A stretch of DNA of 64,000 bases, taken from the NCBI GenBank assembly GCA_025354645.1, contig JANXML010000158.1:19316-83315 (forward strand). Reading direction: 5' to 3'. Position numbers and translations under genes: made by a program. The DNA comes from Arcicella sp. (GTDB lineage: Bacteria; Bacteroidota; Bacteroidia; Cytophagales; Spirosomataceae). Under the pieces are notes generated by a model that was not told where the DNA came from, did no database searches, and saw nothing but the letters and a program-made list of their open reading frames with translations. Positions within the stretch are counted from its first letter, which is position 1. The number at the start of each line of letters is the position of its first letter. Shown here one piece after another: positions 47,203 through 57,218 of this stretch.

Positions 47203-48519
47203 TTAATACATTACAAAATTTAAAAGCATCACGCCTATAATTCCTACCACCGAAACTATACTTTCCATCATCGACCACGAGCGAATAGTGTCCTTGATAC
47301 TCAAATTAAAATACTCCTTAAATAGCCAAAATCCAGGGTCATTCACGTGCGAAAACATTAAACTTCCTGAGCCAATTGCCAGCACCATTAATTCAGGATT
47401 CGCACCCGTTTGTTGAACCATCGGGGCAATTATGCCTGCCGTAGTCAATCCCGCTACTGTGGCGGACCCAACGCATATACGTATAACAGCAGCAGCTAAC
47501 CACCCGACAATCAGAGGATTAAGTGGTAATGTTTTTAAAATATCCGCAATTTCATTACTAACGCCACTCTCAACCAACACTTGTTTCAATGCTCCTGCCC
47601 CAGCAATAATCAGTATTATCATTGACACATCTTTGACGGCATGGGTATAATAATCCATGATTTTTTTCATGGTAAATCCCATATTTATTCCGAGTGTATA
47701 AGTGGCAACGGTAACCGAAATTAACATTACAATTTGAGGGTCGCCGATAAATGAACTGATGGATTTCAGTGTCGGATTGTTTTTAGTGTAAACAGAAATT
47801 ATAGTTGTGAAAGCTAACAAAAATACGGGTAAAAGAGCCGTAAAAAAACTGTTAATAGTACTTGGTAAATGCTCTTCTGCAAGGGTTTCGTTTTGAAAAG
47901 TTTTTAAGGGATTTGAAGGGATTTTCTTTAAAGTAGTGGCAAAAAGCGGTCCACCGATGATAATGGCTGGAATGGCAATGGCAAATCCATATAATAAAGT
48001 AACACCCATATTGGCACTAAATTGAGCCACCAAAGCCGCTGGCGATGGATGAGGAGGCAAAAACCCGTGAGCGACTGACAACGAAGCCAACATGGGAAGC
48101 CCCACATAAACGGCAGGCAGTTTGTATTGATTAACAACTGAAAAAATCAAAGGAATCATCAACACAAAACCAACATTATAGAAGAGAGGAATTCCAATAA
48201 TAAAACCCGTACAGACCAATCCCCAGTGAATATTTTTCTCTCCAAAAATGCCCATCATTACCGATGCAATCCGCTGAGCTGCTCCACTTTCAGCCACTAT
48301 TTTACCTAACATTGCACCCAAAGCAATCACAATCACTAACGACCCCAACATATCTCCAATGCCTTTTTGGAGGGATTTACTGATATTTTCGATGGGAATT
48401 CCTGTGAAAATTCCTGCAATAATTGAAACGACAAGGAAAGCTAAGAATGGATTTATTTTTCCCCAGGTTATTAATAAAACTAAGAGTCCGATACAGATGG
48501 CAATGGTTAGTAGGGTCAT
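47203..48519 (-). CDS. gntP: Gluconate:H+ symporter (GntP family)
   Basis: HGFLPPHPSP, GSATVA, SHVNDPGFWLFKEYF. Confidence 0.93.
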   Translation of the reverse strand: MTLLTIAICIGLLVLLITWGKINPFLAFLVVSIIAGIFTGIPIENISKSLQKGIGDMLGSLVIVIALGAMLGKIVAESGAAQRIASVMMGIFGEKNIHWGLVCTGFIIGIPLFYNVGFVLMIPLIFSVVNQYKLPAVYVGLPMLASLSVAHGFLPPHPSPAALVAQFSANMGVTLLYGFAIAIPAIIIGGPLFATTLKKIPSNPLKTFQNETLAEEHLPSTINSFFTALLPVFLLAFTTIISVYTKNNPTLKSISSFIGDPQIVMLISVTVATYTLGINMGFTMKKIMDYYTHAVKDVSMIILIIAGAGALKQVLVESGVSNEIADILKTLPLNPLIVGWLAAAVIRICVGSATVAGLTTAGIIAPMVQQTGANPELMVLAIGSGSLMFSHVNDPGFWLFKEYFNLSIKDTIRSWSMMESIVSVVGIIGVMLLNFVMY

Positions 48520-48598
48520 TTTGTTTTGGTTTTGTTCCGCATAAACCCATAAAGACTCAAGGAAAATTTAGAATTAAAAGTGTCTAATTGAATCAATC

Positions 48599-50017
48599 TT
48601 ACAAATCTTTTAAAGCCTCATATACTTTGCTGAATTTCCTAAAATTTTCTTGATATATACGTTGATTGTCTTTATTCGGATAAAATATTTTTTCTTCAAT
48701 ATCGTGATGATTGGTTTGTAAGTTTAAAGCCATAAATCCAATAAGAACAGCTCCCCAAGCTGAACCTTCAACTTTTTGAGAGACTGCCACTTTCATTTGA
48801 AAAATATCAGCAGCAATCTGTAACCAAACATCATTTTTTGTAAATCCTCCACTCGCCATGATGATGATTTGTTCCCGTTCTTTTTGAATTGGAAGTAATA
48901 TTTCAGTTATACTCCAAAGTCCGAATAAAATTCCTTCGAGTGTTGCACGAATGAGATGGGCTTTTGTGTGATTTATGGTGATTCCGAGGAGAGTTCCTTT
49001 TACGGAGGCATCCCAAATTGGTGCCCTTTCTCCCAATAAATATGGCACAAATATTAATCCGTTGGAACCTGCAGGAGCATTTTGGGCTTGTAAAATTAAT
49101 TCATCAAACGATTCATTGGTATGCAAAATGGATTCTTTTAACCATTGCAATATGATGGCACCATTATTAACAGCTCCTAATGTAAGATACTGACTATCAA
49201 CGAGATGATAACACTGAGTTCTCATTTTTGCATCAATAAATGGTTTCTCAATCGGCAAGCGAACGGCTCCGCTTGTACCAATCGTCAAGGACATTCTACC
49301 TTTTTTCATAGCTCCTGTTCCCAAATTTGCCAAAGCTCCATCTCCCCCTCCCAAAATTAAAGTGTGATTTTTTGTTAGACTTTTAGCTGTATGAGTTGGC
49401 GAAACAACCGTAGAAAGTTTATCCCGTGAAATGCCTAAATGATTCAAAATTTGTTCATTCCAACATAAACATTCAATATTCAACATTCCAGTACCAGAAG
49501 CCAATGAAGAATCAATCACATATTCCCCTGTAAAATGATGCCAAATATACTCTTTCAAACTGATGAACTTATACGTTTTTGCGAAGATTTCGGGTTCATT
49601 TTCTTTCAACCAAAGAATTTTGGTCATCGGGCAAAATGTATGAATTGGAATACCTGTTTTTTCGTAAAATTGTTTGCCTAAATCACTTTCTCGCAGGTTT
49701 TGGGCAATTTCGGAAGCTCGATTATCAGCCCATAGAATTACATCAGTCAGCGGTTTTCCGTTAGTGTCAATAGCGATAAGACTTTGCATGGCGGCACTAA
49801 AACTGATGAATTGAGGCGTAATTTTATAGGTTAAATTTTCGATACAATCAACAACAGCCTTCAAAACAACGAATGGTTTTTGAATGCTCCAATCGGGTTT
49901 AGGATGGTGCATTTCGTAGCTAATACACTGATAATCAACCACTTTCCCTTCTTTGGTAAAAACCATAGCTTTCGTTGCGGTCGTCCCAATATCTATGCCT
50001 ATATAAAATTGATTCAT
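48599..50017 (-). CDS. gntK: Gluconokinase, FGGY family
   Basis: GIDIGTTATK, SAAMQS, TGIPIH, GDGALAN, TIGTSGA, PYLLGERAP, SGGF. In an operon with gnd and gntP. Confidence 0.88.
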   Translation of the reverse strand: MNQFYIGIDIGTTATKAMVFTKEGKVVDYQCISYEMHHPKPDWSIQKPFVVLKAVVDCIENLTYKITPQFISFSAAMQSLIAIDTNGKPLTDVILWADNRASEIAQNLRESDLGKQFYEKTGIPIHTFCPMTKILWLKENEPEIFAKTYKFISLKEYIWHHFTGEYVIDSSLASGTGMLNIECLCWNEQILNHLGISRDKLSTVVSPTHTAKSLTKNHTLILGGGDGALANLGTGAMKKGRMSLTIGTSGAVRLPIEKPFIDAKMRTQCYHLVDSQYLTLGAVNNGAIILQWLKESILHTNESFDELILQAQNAPAGSNGLIFVPYLLGERAPIWDASVKGTLLGITINHTKAHLIRATLEGILFGLWSITEILLPIQKEREQIIIMASGGFTKNDVWLQIAADIFQMKVAVSQKVEGSAWGAVLIGFMALNLQTNHHDIEEKIFYPNKDNQRIYQENFRKFSKVYEALKDL

Positions 50018-50029
50018 TGAGTAAATATT

Positions 50030-50200
50030 GGAACGCAGATGACGCAGATGCCTTCGGCAACGCAGATTTACGCAGATTTTAATTTTGTGTGTCCATAAAC
50101 TAATTTACAGTAAATCAAATTTTGAACAATTGGAAACCTAATAATTTTCAAAAAATTTGTGAAAATCTGCGTTGCGAAGCATCTGTGTCATCTGCGTGCC
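50030..50200. repeat. Paired inverted nonamer cassette (ACGCAGATN)
   Basis: ACGCAGAT at 50033, 50042, 50060 and 50070; ~40-bp near-perfect inverted arm at 50162-50200. Confidence 0.9.
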
Positions 50201-50211
50201 ATTTTACAGTT

Positions 50212-51108
50212 TTATTTTTTTTCAACCGCATGACCGCCAAATTCATTTCTTAACGCAGCCACTACTTTTCCTGAAAAAGTATCGGTCATTTGGGAACGGT
50301 AACGCATCATTACTGACATGGCAATCACGGGCGTTGGTACACCTAAATCTAATGCTGTTTCCAACGTCCATTTTCCTTCTCCAGATGAGTGCATGATGCC
50401 TTTTATGGTATCTAAATTGGGGTCTTTTGAAAAAGCATTTTCAGTTAATTCCATCAACCAACCTCTCACCACTGAGCCATGATTTAACATTTTGGCAGTT
50501 TTTTGAAAGTCAATATTAAATTCTGAATGTTCAAAAACCTCAAATCCTTCGGCAATTGATTGCATCATTCCGTATTCAATTCCGTTATGAACCATCTTTG
50601 TGAAATGACCACTTCCTGCTTCGCCTGTGTGCAAGTATCCGTCCACAACTGAAATATCTTTGAATACTTTTTCAACGTACTTAAACACTTCGTCGTCTCC
50701 ACCAACCATCGTGCAGGCACCTTTCAATGCTCCCGATGTTCCTCCCGAAGTTCCACAATCCAAAAAGTCTAATGATTTGGTTTTAAGATAGTTATACCGT
50801 TTTTTGGAATCTTTGTAATTTGAATTTCCCCCATCAATAATGATGTCATGAGGATTTAGAAAGGGTATTAATGATTCAATCACATCATCCACAATTTTAC
50901 CCGCAGGAACCATTAACCAAATCACTTTTCTTTTCGTTAATTGCAGGCATAAATCTTGAATAGAACGTGCAATTTTGATGTTTTCAGCGGCTATATTCTG
51001 AATAAAATCTGTATTGACATCATTAGCAATTACTTCATAACCATTTCTTTTAAAATTTAGGGCAAGATTAAAACCCATTTTACCCAATCCAATTATTCCT
51101 ATTTGCAT
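50212..51108 (-). CDS. gnd: 6-phosphogluconate dehydrogenase, decarboxylating, short (GntZ-like) form
   Basis: IGLGKMG, WLMVPAG, IDGGNS, DCGTSGG, KMVHNGIEYG, SGEGKW, RNEFGGHAV. Confidence 0.95.
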   Translation of the reverse strand: MQIGIIGLGKMGFNLALNFKRNGYEVIANDVNTDFIQNIAAENIKIARSIQDLCLQLTKRKVIWLMVPAGKIVDDVIESLIPFLNPHDIIIDGGNSNYKDSKKRYNYLKTKSLDFLDCGTSGGTSGALKGACTMVGGDDEVFKYVEKVFKDISVVDGYLHTGEAGSGHFTKMVHNGIEYGMMQSIAEGFEVFEHSEFNIDFQKTAKMLNHGSVVRGWLMELTENAFSKDPNLDTIKGIMHSSGEGKWTLETALDLGVPTPVIAMSVMMRYRSQMTDTFSGKVVAALRNEFGGHAVEKK

Positions 51109-51139
51109 TTTCTATTTTATTACTGATATTTTACTATTT

Positions 51140-51147
51140 CAAAGGTA
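51140..51147 (-). promoter_or_regulatory. -7 promoter element upstream of gnd
   Basis: TACCTTTG on the minus strand, 31 nt upstream of the ATG. Confidence 0.45.
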
Positions 51148-51151
51148 GTTC

Positions 51152-51197
51152 AACTTCCCGAAAGATTCCCATTACGAGCTCAAACTTTCGGGAAGTT
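51152..51197. repeat. REP-like palindrome, ACTTCCCGAAAG family
   Basis: AACTTCCCGAAAG-N20-CTTTCGGGAAGTT, perfect 13-bp arms. Confidence 0.7.
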
Positions 51198-51232
51198 ATT
51201 AAGAGTTATACCGCTTCTATAAAATACTATTT

Positions 51233-52771
51233 TTACTTATCCCACCAAACTCTTGTATCTAAATCATCCGCACCCATTCTGGTTATTGCTTCGCCAACAA
51301 GTTTACTATTAACCGATATTTCAGAATTTGGGTAGGTCAATCTTCTGATAAAATTCCCTTTGATGCCCTTACCTGGGAATGGATTAGGAGAAAGATTTGG
51401 AAATCCACTTCTTCGGAAATTAGCAAATGCTTCGGGTCCATTTAAGAAAGATGAAATCCAATATTGCGTATTTATTTGCTCTAATGCTGTGCTTGCATTG
51501 TAAGGATTTGCTTTCTGATAAGCATCAATTGCAGAGGCAGAAACCGCTGAATTGCCATCATATAAAGCCATTTGTTCCATGTGCAATCTTGTACCTTTAT
51601 TGAAAAATGTTTCCGCAGTAGTTCCAGTAATCCATCCTCTTTGTGTTGCCTCTGCTAATAATAATTGTGTTTGAGACGCTGTGACCAAGAACATTGGAGA
51701 AGTGGTCTTCGCCATTCTGGTTCTATCTAACTGACTATAATCATAAAAACTCGCCAATTTCGATTTGTTAACTTCCGAACTTATTGAAGCGTTATCGAAT
51801 CCGAAAGGCATTCCAATTTGTAGGGATGGGTCGCTGGTTGCACGAGCGTTTGTTTGGTCATTTCCAGATTTTGCTCCGACATAACGTAAGGCAATGGATT
51901 TTAATCTTGGGTCGTTGGTTTGTTGTAGATAATTCACAAATGGAGCTCCCAAATATATATTACTTGATTCTGTTGAATTCAATGTTGCACCAATACTGTT
52001 CAAATAATTGGCATCGTGTTTTATAAAAGCATTTTCAGAATTCAATTCCATCACTCCTGCTTGAAATGCTTTTTGGACTAATTGTTGAGCCTGTGCAGCA
52101 TCAATTTTTGTGAGTCTCATGCCTGCACGAAGCAAAACCGAATTACCAAATTTCTTCCAAAGATTTACATTTCCACCGTATAAAATATCCGCAGTTTCAA
52201 TCGTTTTTGAGGCATCCAATGCAGCAGTTGCCTCAGTTAATTCCTTGATAATTCCTGCATAAACTGCTTGCTGGGTATCATATTTCGGAAAAGTTAATTG
52301 ATCAGTATATCCTTTTCCAGCCTCTGAATAGGGAATATCACCGTAAGAGTCTGTTAAAACCAAAAACGCATAAGATTGCAATATGCGAGCCATGTTGAAT
52401 AGGTTACTCCGATTCGTAAGCGACTTAGTTGTATTAATCACATCATACGTATTGCGGATTACCGAACGATAATACCGTTGCCAATTTTGTGCAGTATTAT
52501 CTCTAATATCCTGATTAAAATTTGCACCCGCCAAAACCCCAGAATTAGGCGAAACCATTTGTTGAACAATGCCCATTTCATACAAAACTGTGCCCGTTGG
52601 AAACGATAAATTTACCGTTGCATTATTAAGCGTAAAGGCTGGATTGAGAGAAGTTGGAGCGGTTTTATTGACATTTAATTCATCAAAACCTTTGTCGCAA
52701 CTACTTGCCAAAAAGCAAAGCAAGAAGCTGATAATCAATGTTTTAGTAAAATATTTATACCTAAGTTTCAT
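51233..52771 (-). CDS. SusD/RagB family surface lipoprotein
   Basis: Lipobox ASSCDK; YGDIPYSEA, W.KFGNS..LR, EAFANFRRSGFP, TRVWWD. Confidence 0.93.
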   Translation of the reverse strand: MKLRYKYFTKTLIISFLLCFLASSCDKGFDELNVNKTAPTSLNPAFTLNNATVNLSFPTGTVLYEMGIVQQMVSPNSGVLAGANFNQDIRDNTAQNWQRYYRSVIRNTYDVINTTKSLTNRSNLFNMARILQSYAFLVLTDSYGDIPYSEAGKGYTDQLTFPKYDTQQAVYAGIIKELTEATAALDASKTIETADILYGGNVNLWKKFGNSVLLRAGMRLTKIDAAQAQQLVQKAFQAGVMELNSENAFIKHDANYLNSIGATLNSTESSNIYLGAPFVNYLQQTNDPRLKSIALRYVGAKSGNDQTNARATSDPSLQIGMPFGFDNASISSEVNKSKLASFYDYSQLDRTRMAKTTSPMFLVTASQTQLLLAEATQRGWITGTTAETFFNKGTRLHMEQMALYDGNSAVSASAIDAYQKANPYNASTALEQINTQYWISSFLNGPEAFANFRRSGFPNLSPNPFPGKGIKGNFIRRLTYPNSEISVNSKLVGEAITRMGADDLDTRVWWDK

Positions 52772-52849
52772 AAGAATTTCTGTTAAATTTTTTAAATAAT
52801 TTATTTGATTTGAAAACTATCAAAAGTATAATTTTATCAAATCTTTCCT

Positions 52850-52887
52850 AAAATATGCGTTGCGAATTATCTGAATCATTAGCGTAC
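52850..52887. repeat. Decayed solo copy of the nonamer cassette arm
   Basis: 30/38 identical to 50162-50199, same orientation, in the susC-susD spacer. Confidence 0.65.
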
Positions 52888-52892
52888 TAAAT

Positions 52893-55800
52893 TTAAAACT
52901 TAGCATTTAAGTTAAATCCAATACTGCGTGTTGTTGGCAAACCCGTTGATTCCATGCCGACAAGATTATCCGAAGAATATCCAAAAGAGTCTGGATCAAT
53001 ATTTGGAACCCATTTTTTAAGGATAAATACGTTGTTGGCTGTTATGCTTAATTTCAAAGATTTTAAAGGAAAACTTTTGGGTAAAAGTTTACTCAAATTG
53101 TACCCAGCCGTTATTTGGCGTAATTTCCAATATCCTCCGTCATAAACCACTGGTTCAACAATGGCTTGTGAACGCACAACCGACCAGTAATCCTGAACGG
53201 GAGCTTTAACGGTATTTGGCTCACCTTTATCATTAACACCAATACCTAAAACGCCTCCTTCACGCCCCTCTAACGTGATTTGATGCAAACCATGACGAAC
53301 TGCGTTGAAATTAGAACCCGAAAGCATCATGTTTCCTAATTTAAAATCAATCAAAAATGATAACGAAATGCCTTTATAATTGAAAGTGTTTGTGATTCCA
53401 CCAACCCATTTTGGCAAGGCACTTCCGTAAGAAATTAAGTCTGATGTTCTTAATGGAATTCCGTTTGCCCCAAAAATCATTTGCCCTTGAGCATTTCTTT
53501 TAAAGCCAAAACCATAGATTTGACCCATTTCTTGTCCAACAACTTGTCGGAGTTCGCCATTGAAAACGTGCGTTCCAGTGGTGATTCTTTCTCCTTCTTT
53601 ATCAGTTGTTAAACTCAGTACTTTTGTGATATTATATGACCCATTAACGGTTACGTTCCACTGAAAATTTTTCATTTTGACAGGCGAAAAACCAACTAAC
53701 ATTTCAAAACCATCATTTTGACTTACTCCACTATTGATTAATGTGTTTGTGAAACCCGAAGCGTCCGATACCTGTGCAGACACAATTTGATCTCTCGTAA
53801 CTTTGTGATAAGCCGCCATATCAAGTGAAACACGATTGTCGAATAATTTCAATTCCAGACCAACCTCTGATTCTGACGTTCTACTCGGTTTTAAATTAGC
53901 ATTGGGTAAGATAGTTCCCTGAGAACCTCCAACGGGTTGCAAAAGCCCAGAAGGGTTTGCGAGTAGATTGGAATTAATACCGTAAAATAAATTATTAGAA
54001 TATGGACTCACAGAACCATCCGTCCCCACTTCTGCATAAGCCAATCTTAGTTTTCCAAAACTTAGCCAAGTCGGAAGGTTTGAAATTGACTGAGAAAAAA
54101 CATAACTACTTGATATTGAAGGATATAAAATACTTCTATTATCTTTTGAAAGCGTTGAAAACCAATCATTTCTGGCAGTTGCATTGATGAATAATACGTT
54201 TTTATAAGAGAATTCAGCCGCTCCGTAAATTGAATTTACGGCATTTTCAGTAAGTCCGTAATAAGTATCTCTTACTCGTGAATACGTGACAGTATATAAA
54301 TCCCGTACTGGAAAATCAGTCGCTTGCGTTGAATTCACATCAGAACGTCTATACATTTGATTCCCTCCAACGTTCAAATCTATCCCAAAATTTCCAAAAG
54401 TTTTATTGGCTGTTATCAATATATCGGTATTAATTTCACGAAATCTGCGAGCTTCTTGTGTATAAACTCCATTCACAAAACCTGCTGGAGCGGGTCCGAG
54501 CGATGCTTGACCCGTTGGAAAATTGTTATAATCTTGATCACGAGACCAATAATCCTGACCGATTCGTCCTTGAACGGCAAGCCAATCCAGAAACTTATAT
54601 TTTAGGGATATATTTCCAAAAATTCTATCACGAATAATGTTTTGGAATTGTTGAGAAAGAGTAAAATATGGATTGGTTCTATTTTTGAATCTTGAATAAA
54701 CGTATTCGTCACCGTTGGCATCAAATTTCTTAGCTTCCAATAAATCCAAAGGCATTGAATTGGCTAAATTTGCAATGGTTGTTGGAATAGAGTTATCCTG
54801 ATTTGCAATATTGGGAGGATTCTTATTGGACTCGTTTGAATAGTTAATATTACCCGCAAAACTGAGTTTTTTATTAACTTCATAAGCAAAACCTAAATTG
54901 ATGGTTTTACGGTTGAAACTGTTATTTGGAACAATTCCTCGGTTGTCGGCATTTGCAAAAGAGAGAGTCAAACCACCTTTTTCGGAAGTAGATGAAAGGG
55001 AAATTGTATTCGTAAAATTAGTACCATTTCTATAAAATTTGCTAATTCTGTTATAAACTGGTTCGTAAGGAACCGTTACATTATCAAACAAAACCTGGGT
55101 CATTCCTGGTTGAAATTTTTCTCCAAACGACCATTGTCCCGACGTTGGATTGGCAGAAGTTGGACGAATTCCATTTTCTCCTTGCCCATAAATGTATTGA
55201 TAGTCTGTGAAATCTAAGGGAGAATCATTTGTAAAATTGGCATTGTAAGTAACGCCAATTCCGTTGGAATCTCCCTTGGTTTTTGTCGTGATGATTATTA
55301 CACCATTGCTGGCACGAGAACCGTAAAGTGCAGAAGCTGCCGCTCCTTTTAAAACCGACATAGATTCAATATCGTCTGGATTTATACTCGAAAGTCCATC
55401 GCCTCCATCAGAAGTATTCCCCCCCCCACGAACAACAATTGAATTATCCGAACCCGAATTTCCAGGGTTTGTTCCGAAGTTGGTATTATCAATCGGAACA
55501 CCGTTAACAACGATTAAAGGGCTATTTTGCCCTGAAATAGAACTTTGACCTCTGATTCTAATTTTGGAAGTTCCTGCTGGTCCCGTTCCCAAGGGAGAGA
55601 TATTCACCCCTGCAATTTGCCCTTGCAAGGCATTCATAAAGTTGGGCGTTCGGTTTTCGGTTAATGCTTCACGGGTGATGGTTGAAACTGAATAACCCAA
55701 CTTTTTAGCATCCTTTTTAATCCCCAAAGCCGTCACGACTACTTCTCCTAAATTCTGAACTTCATCTGAAAGTGAAATGTCAATTGTTGTTTTACTACCA

Positions 55801-56087
55801 ACCGTAACTTCTTTTGTTCCATAACCAATGGCACTAAAAATTAAAGTTGTATTTTTTCCAACGGATAATTTATAATTCCCTGTGGCATCGGTGCTTGTTC
55901 CCCGAGTGGTTCCCTTAATCTTAACGGCAACTCCTGCAATTCCACTGTTGGATTTATCAGAGATTGTACCTTTTAAAGTAATATCTTGGGCAAAAGTTGC
56001 GATGGAAAGAAGGGCAAAAACTAATCCTAAGCCTATTCTGGATAGCTTTTGAAATATTATAAAAGCATTTAGTCTAATTTTTTTCAT
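52893..56087 (-). CDS. SusC/RagA family TonB-dependent transporter
   Basis: N-terminal CarboxypepD-like domain, EVVVTALG, PLIVVNGVP, INPDDIES.SVLKG..A.ALYGSRA..GVIIITTK, C-terminal FNLNAKF. Confidence 0.96.
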   Translation of the reverse strand: MKKIRLNAFIIFQKLSRIGLGLVFALLSIATFAQDITLKGTISDKSNSGIAGVAVKIKGTTRGTSTDATGNYKLSVGKNTTLIFSAIGYGTKEVTVGSKTTIDISLSDEVQNLGEVVVTALGIKKDAKKLGYSVSTITREALTENRTPNFMNALQGQIAGVNISPLGTGPAGTSKIRIRGQSSISGQNSPLIVVNGVPIDNTNFGTNPGNSGSDNSIVVRGGGNTSDGGDGLSSINPDDIESMSVLKGAAASALYGSRASNGVIIITTKTKGDSNGIGVTYNANFTNDSPLDFTDYQYIYGQGENGIRPTSANPTSGQWSFGEKFQPGMTQVLFDNVTVPYEPVYNRISKFYRNGTNFTNTISLSSTSEKGGLTLSFANADNRGIVPNNSFNRKTINLGFAYEVNKKLSFAGNINYSNESNKNPPNIANQDNSIPTTIANLANSMPLDLLEAKKFDANGDEYVYSRFKNRTNPYFTLSQQFQNIIRDRIFGNISLKYKFLDWLAVQGRIGQDYWSRDQDYNNFPTGQASLGPAPAGFVNGVYTQEARRFREINTDILITANKTFGNFGIDLNVGGNQMYRRSDVNSTQATDFPVRDLYTVTYSRVRDTYYGLTENAVNSIYGAAEFSYKNVLFINATARNDWFSTLSKDNRSILYPSISSSYVFSQSISNLPTWLSFGKLRLAYAEVGTDGSVSPYSNNLFYGINSNLLANPSGLLQPVGGSQGTILPNANLKPSRTSESEVGLELKLFDNRVSLDMAAYHKVTRDQIVSAQVSDASGFTNTLINSGVSQNDGFEMLVGFSPVKMKNFQWNVTVNGSYNITKVLSLTTDKEGERITTGTHVFNGELRQVVGQEMGQIYGFGFKRNAQGQMIFGANGIPLRTSDLISYGSALPKWVGGITNTFNYKGISLSFLIDFKLGNMMLSGSNFNAVRHGLHQITLEGREGGVLGIGVNDKGEPNTVKAPVQDYWSVVRSQAIVEPVVYDGGYWKLRQITAGYNLSKLLPKSFPLKSLKLSITANNVFILKKWVPNIDPDSFGYSSDNLVGMESTGLPTTRSIGFNLNAKF

Positions 56088-56236
56088 AATTTTTACAATT
56101 GTTTTAATGAGTGAATATTTCGATGATGCAAAGTTTTATTATTATTCAAAGAAAAACTTTCATTTTTTTACAGCGGTGAATTTTGTAATATTTTTATGAA
56201 AAATTGACCTAATTTTACTTTCAGAATAAAAAACAA

Positions 56237-57115
56237 ATGAATCCATTTATACTGTACCAAGAAAAGTCAAAGGAATTAGCGACTTTTCCGTACATTATTG
56301 AGTTTGCCAATCATAAAATTCAACATATTCAACTTCATTCTCAGGAAATAAAACGCAGTAAAGGCATTAAAATTTGTTTTATTACAGAAGGAAAATTTGA
56401 CTGGAATATCGACGGACAGCAATATTTGCTTTATCCAAATGACACTTCTGTGACTTGTCCTTGGCAAATGATTGGTGGAAATAGAGGCGTTTTTGACATT
56501 GGTTCTTTGATGTGGATAACGATTAAACCACAAGTTTTTGAACAAAATGGCGAATTAATTTTGGGAGAGTGGAGTGGTATTTCTGAAACTGACCAACGAG
56601 TAATTGGTAAAATTTTAACCCTCAATAAAAAACCGATTTTAACCCGTTTGAAATCTTGTCAACAAATTTTCCAAAACCTGGAAATGGAATTTTATAACAA
56701 AGAATTAGGCTATCGAACTCGGATAAATCATTTAATTGATGAACTTTTAATTACGGCTATAAGACATTTAAGCAAGCAAGATAACCTCAGAAGGGACTTT
56801 CCGCAGACATTTTTAAAATTAGAACAAACCCTTAGAAATAATTTGTCTGACCCTTGGACGGTTGAAGAAATGGCAGGTTTAGTAGGCTTAGGAACAACCG
56901 CTTTCACGGAAAAAGTTAAGGCATTTTCAGGCTTTTCACCCTTAAATTATTTGATAAATATTAGAATTTCGGAAGCTATTAAATTACTCAATAGAAAAGA
57001 TTTGAGCTTGACAGACATTGCCTTAGAAACAGGGTTTTATTCATCCCAACATTTTTCCTCAACATTCAAAAAACTCACAGGTTACACGCCTCGGGAATTT
57101 AGGAAAAAAGAGTAG
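56237..57115 (+). CDS. AraC family transcriptional regulator
   Basis: C-terminal double HTH: WTVEEMA...IRISEAIKLL...LTDIALETGFYSSQHFSSTFKK..G.TP. Confidence 0.93.
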   Translation: MNPFILYQEKSKELATFPYIIEFANHKIQHIQLHSQEIKRSKGIKICFITEGKFDWNIDGQQYLLYPNDTSVTCPWQMIGGNRGVFDIGSLMWITIKPQVFEQNGELILGEWSGISETDQRVIGKILTLNKKPILTRLKSCQQIFQNLEMEFYNKELGYRTRINHLIDELLITAIRHLSKQDNLRRDFPQTFLKLEQTLRNNLSDPWTVEEMAGLVGLGTTAFTEKVKAFSGFSPLNYLINIRISEAIKLLNRKDLSLTDIALETGFYSSQHFSSTFKKLTGYTPREFRKKE

Positions 57116-57208
57116 GACAGGTTTCCAACCTGTTTTAAAAACTTTGAACTGACAGGTTAGAAACCTGTTTAAAAAACTTTGAACTGACAGGTTAGAAACC
57201 TGTCCTAC
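57112..57208. repeat. GTAG-type REP doublet with internal 35-bp tandem duplication
   Basis: GTAGGACAGGTTTCCAACCTGT ... ACAGGTTAGAAACCTGTCCTAC; 57134-57168 and 57169-57203 are 34/35 identical. Confidence 0.85.
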
Positions 57209-57218
57209 TTAAAAAAAT

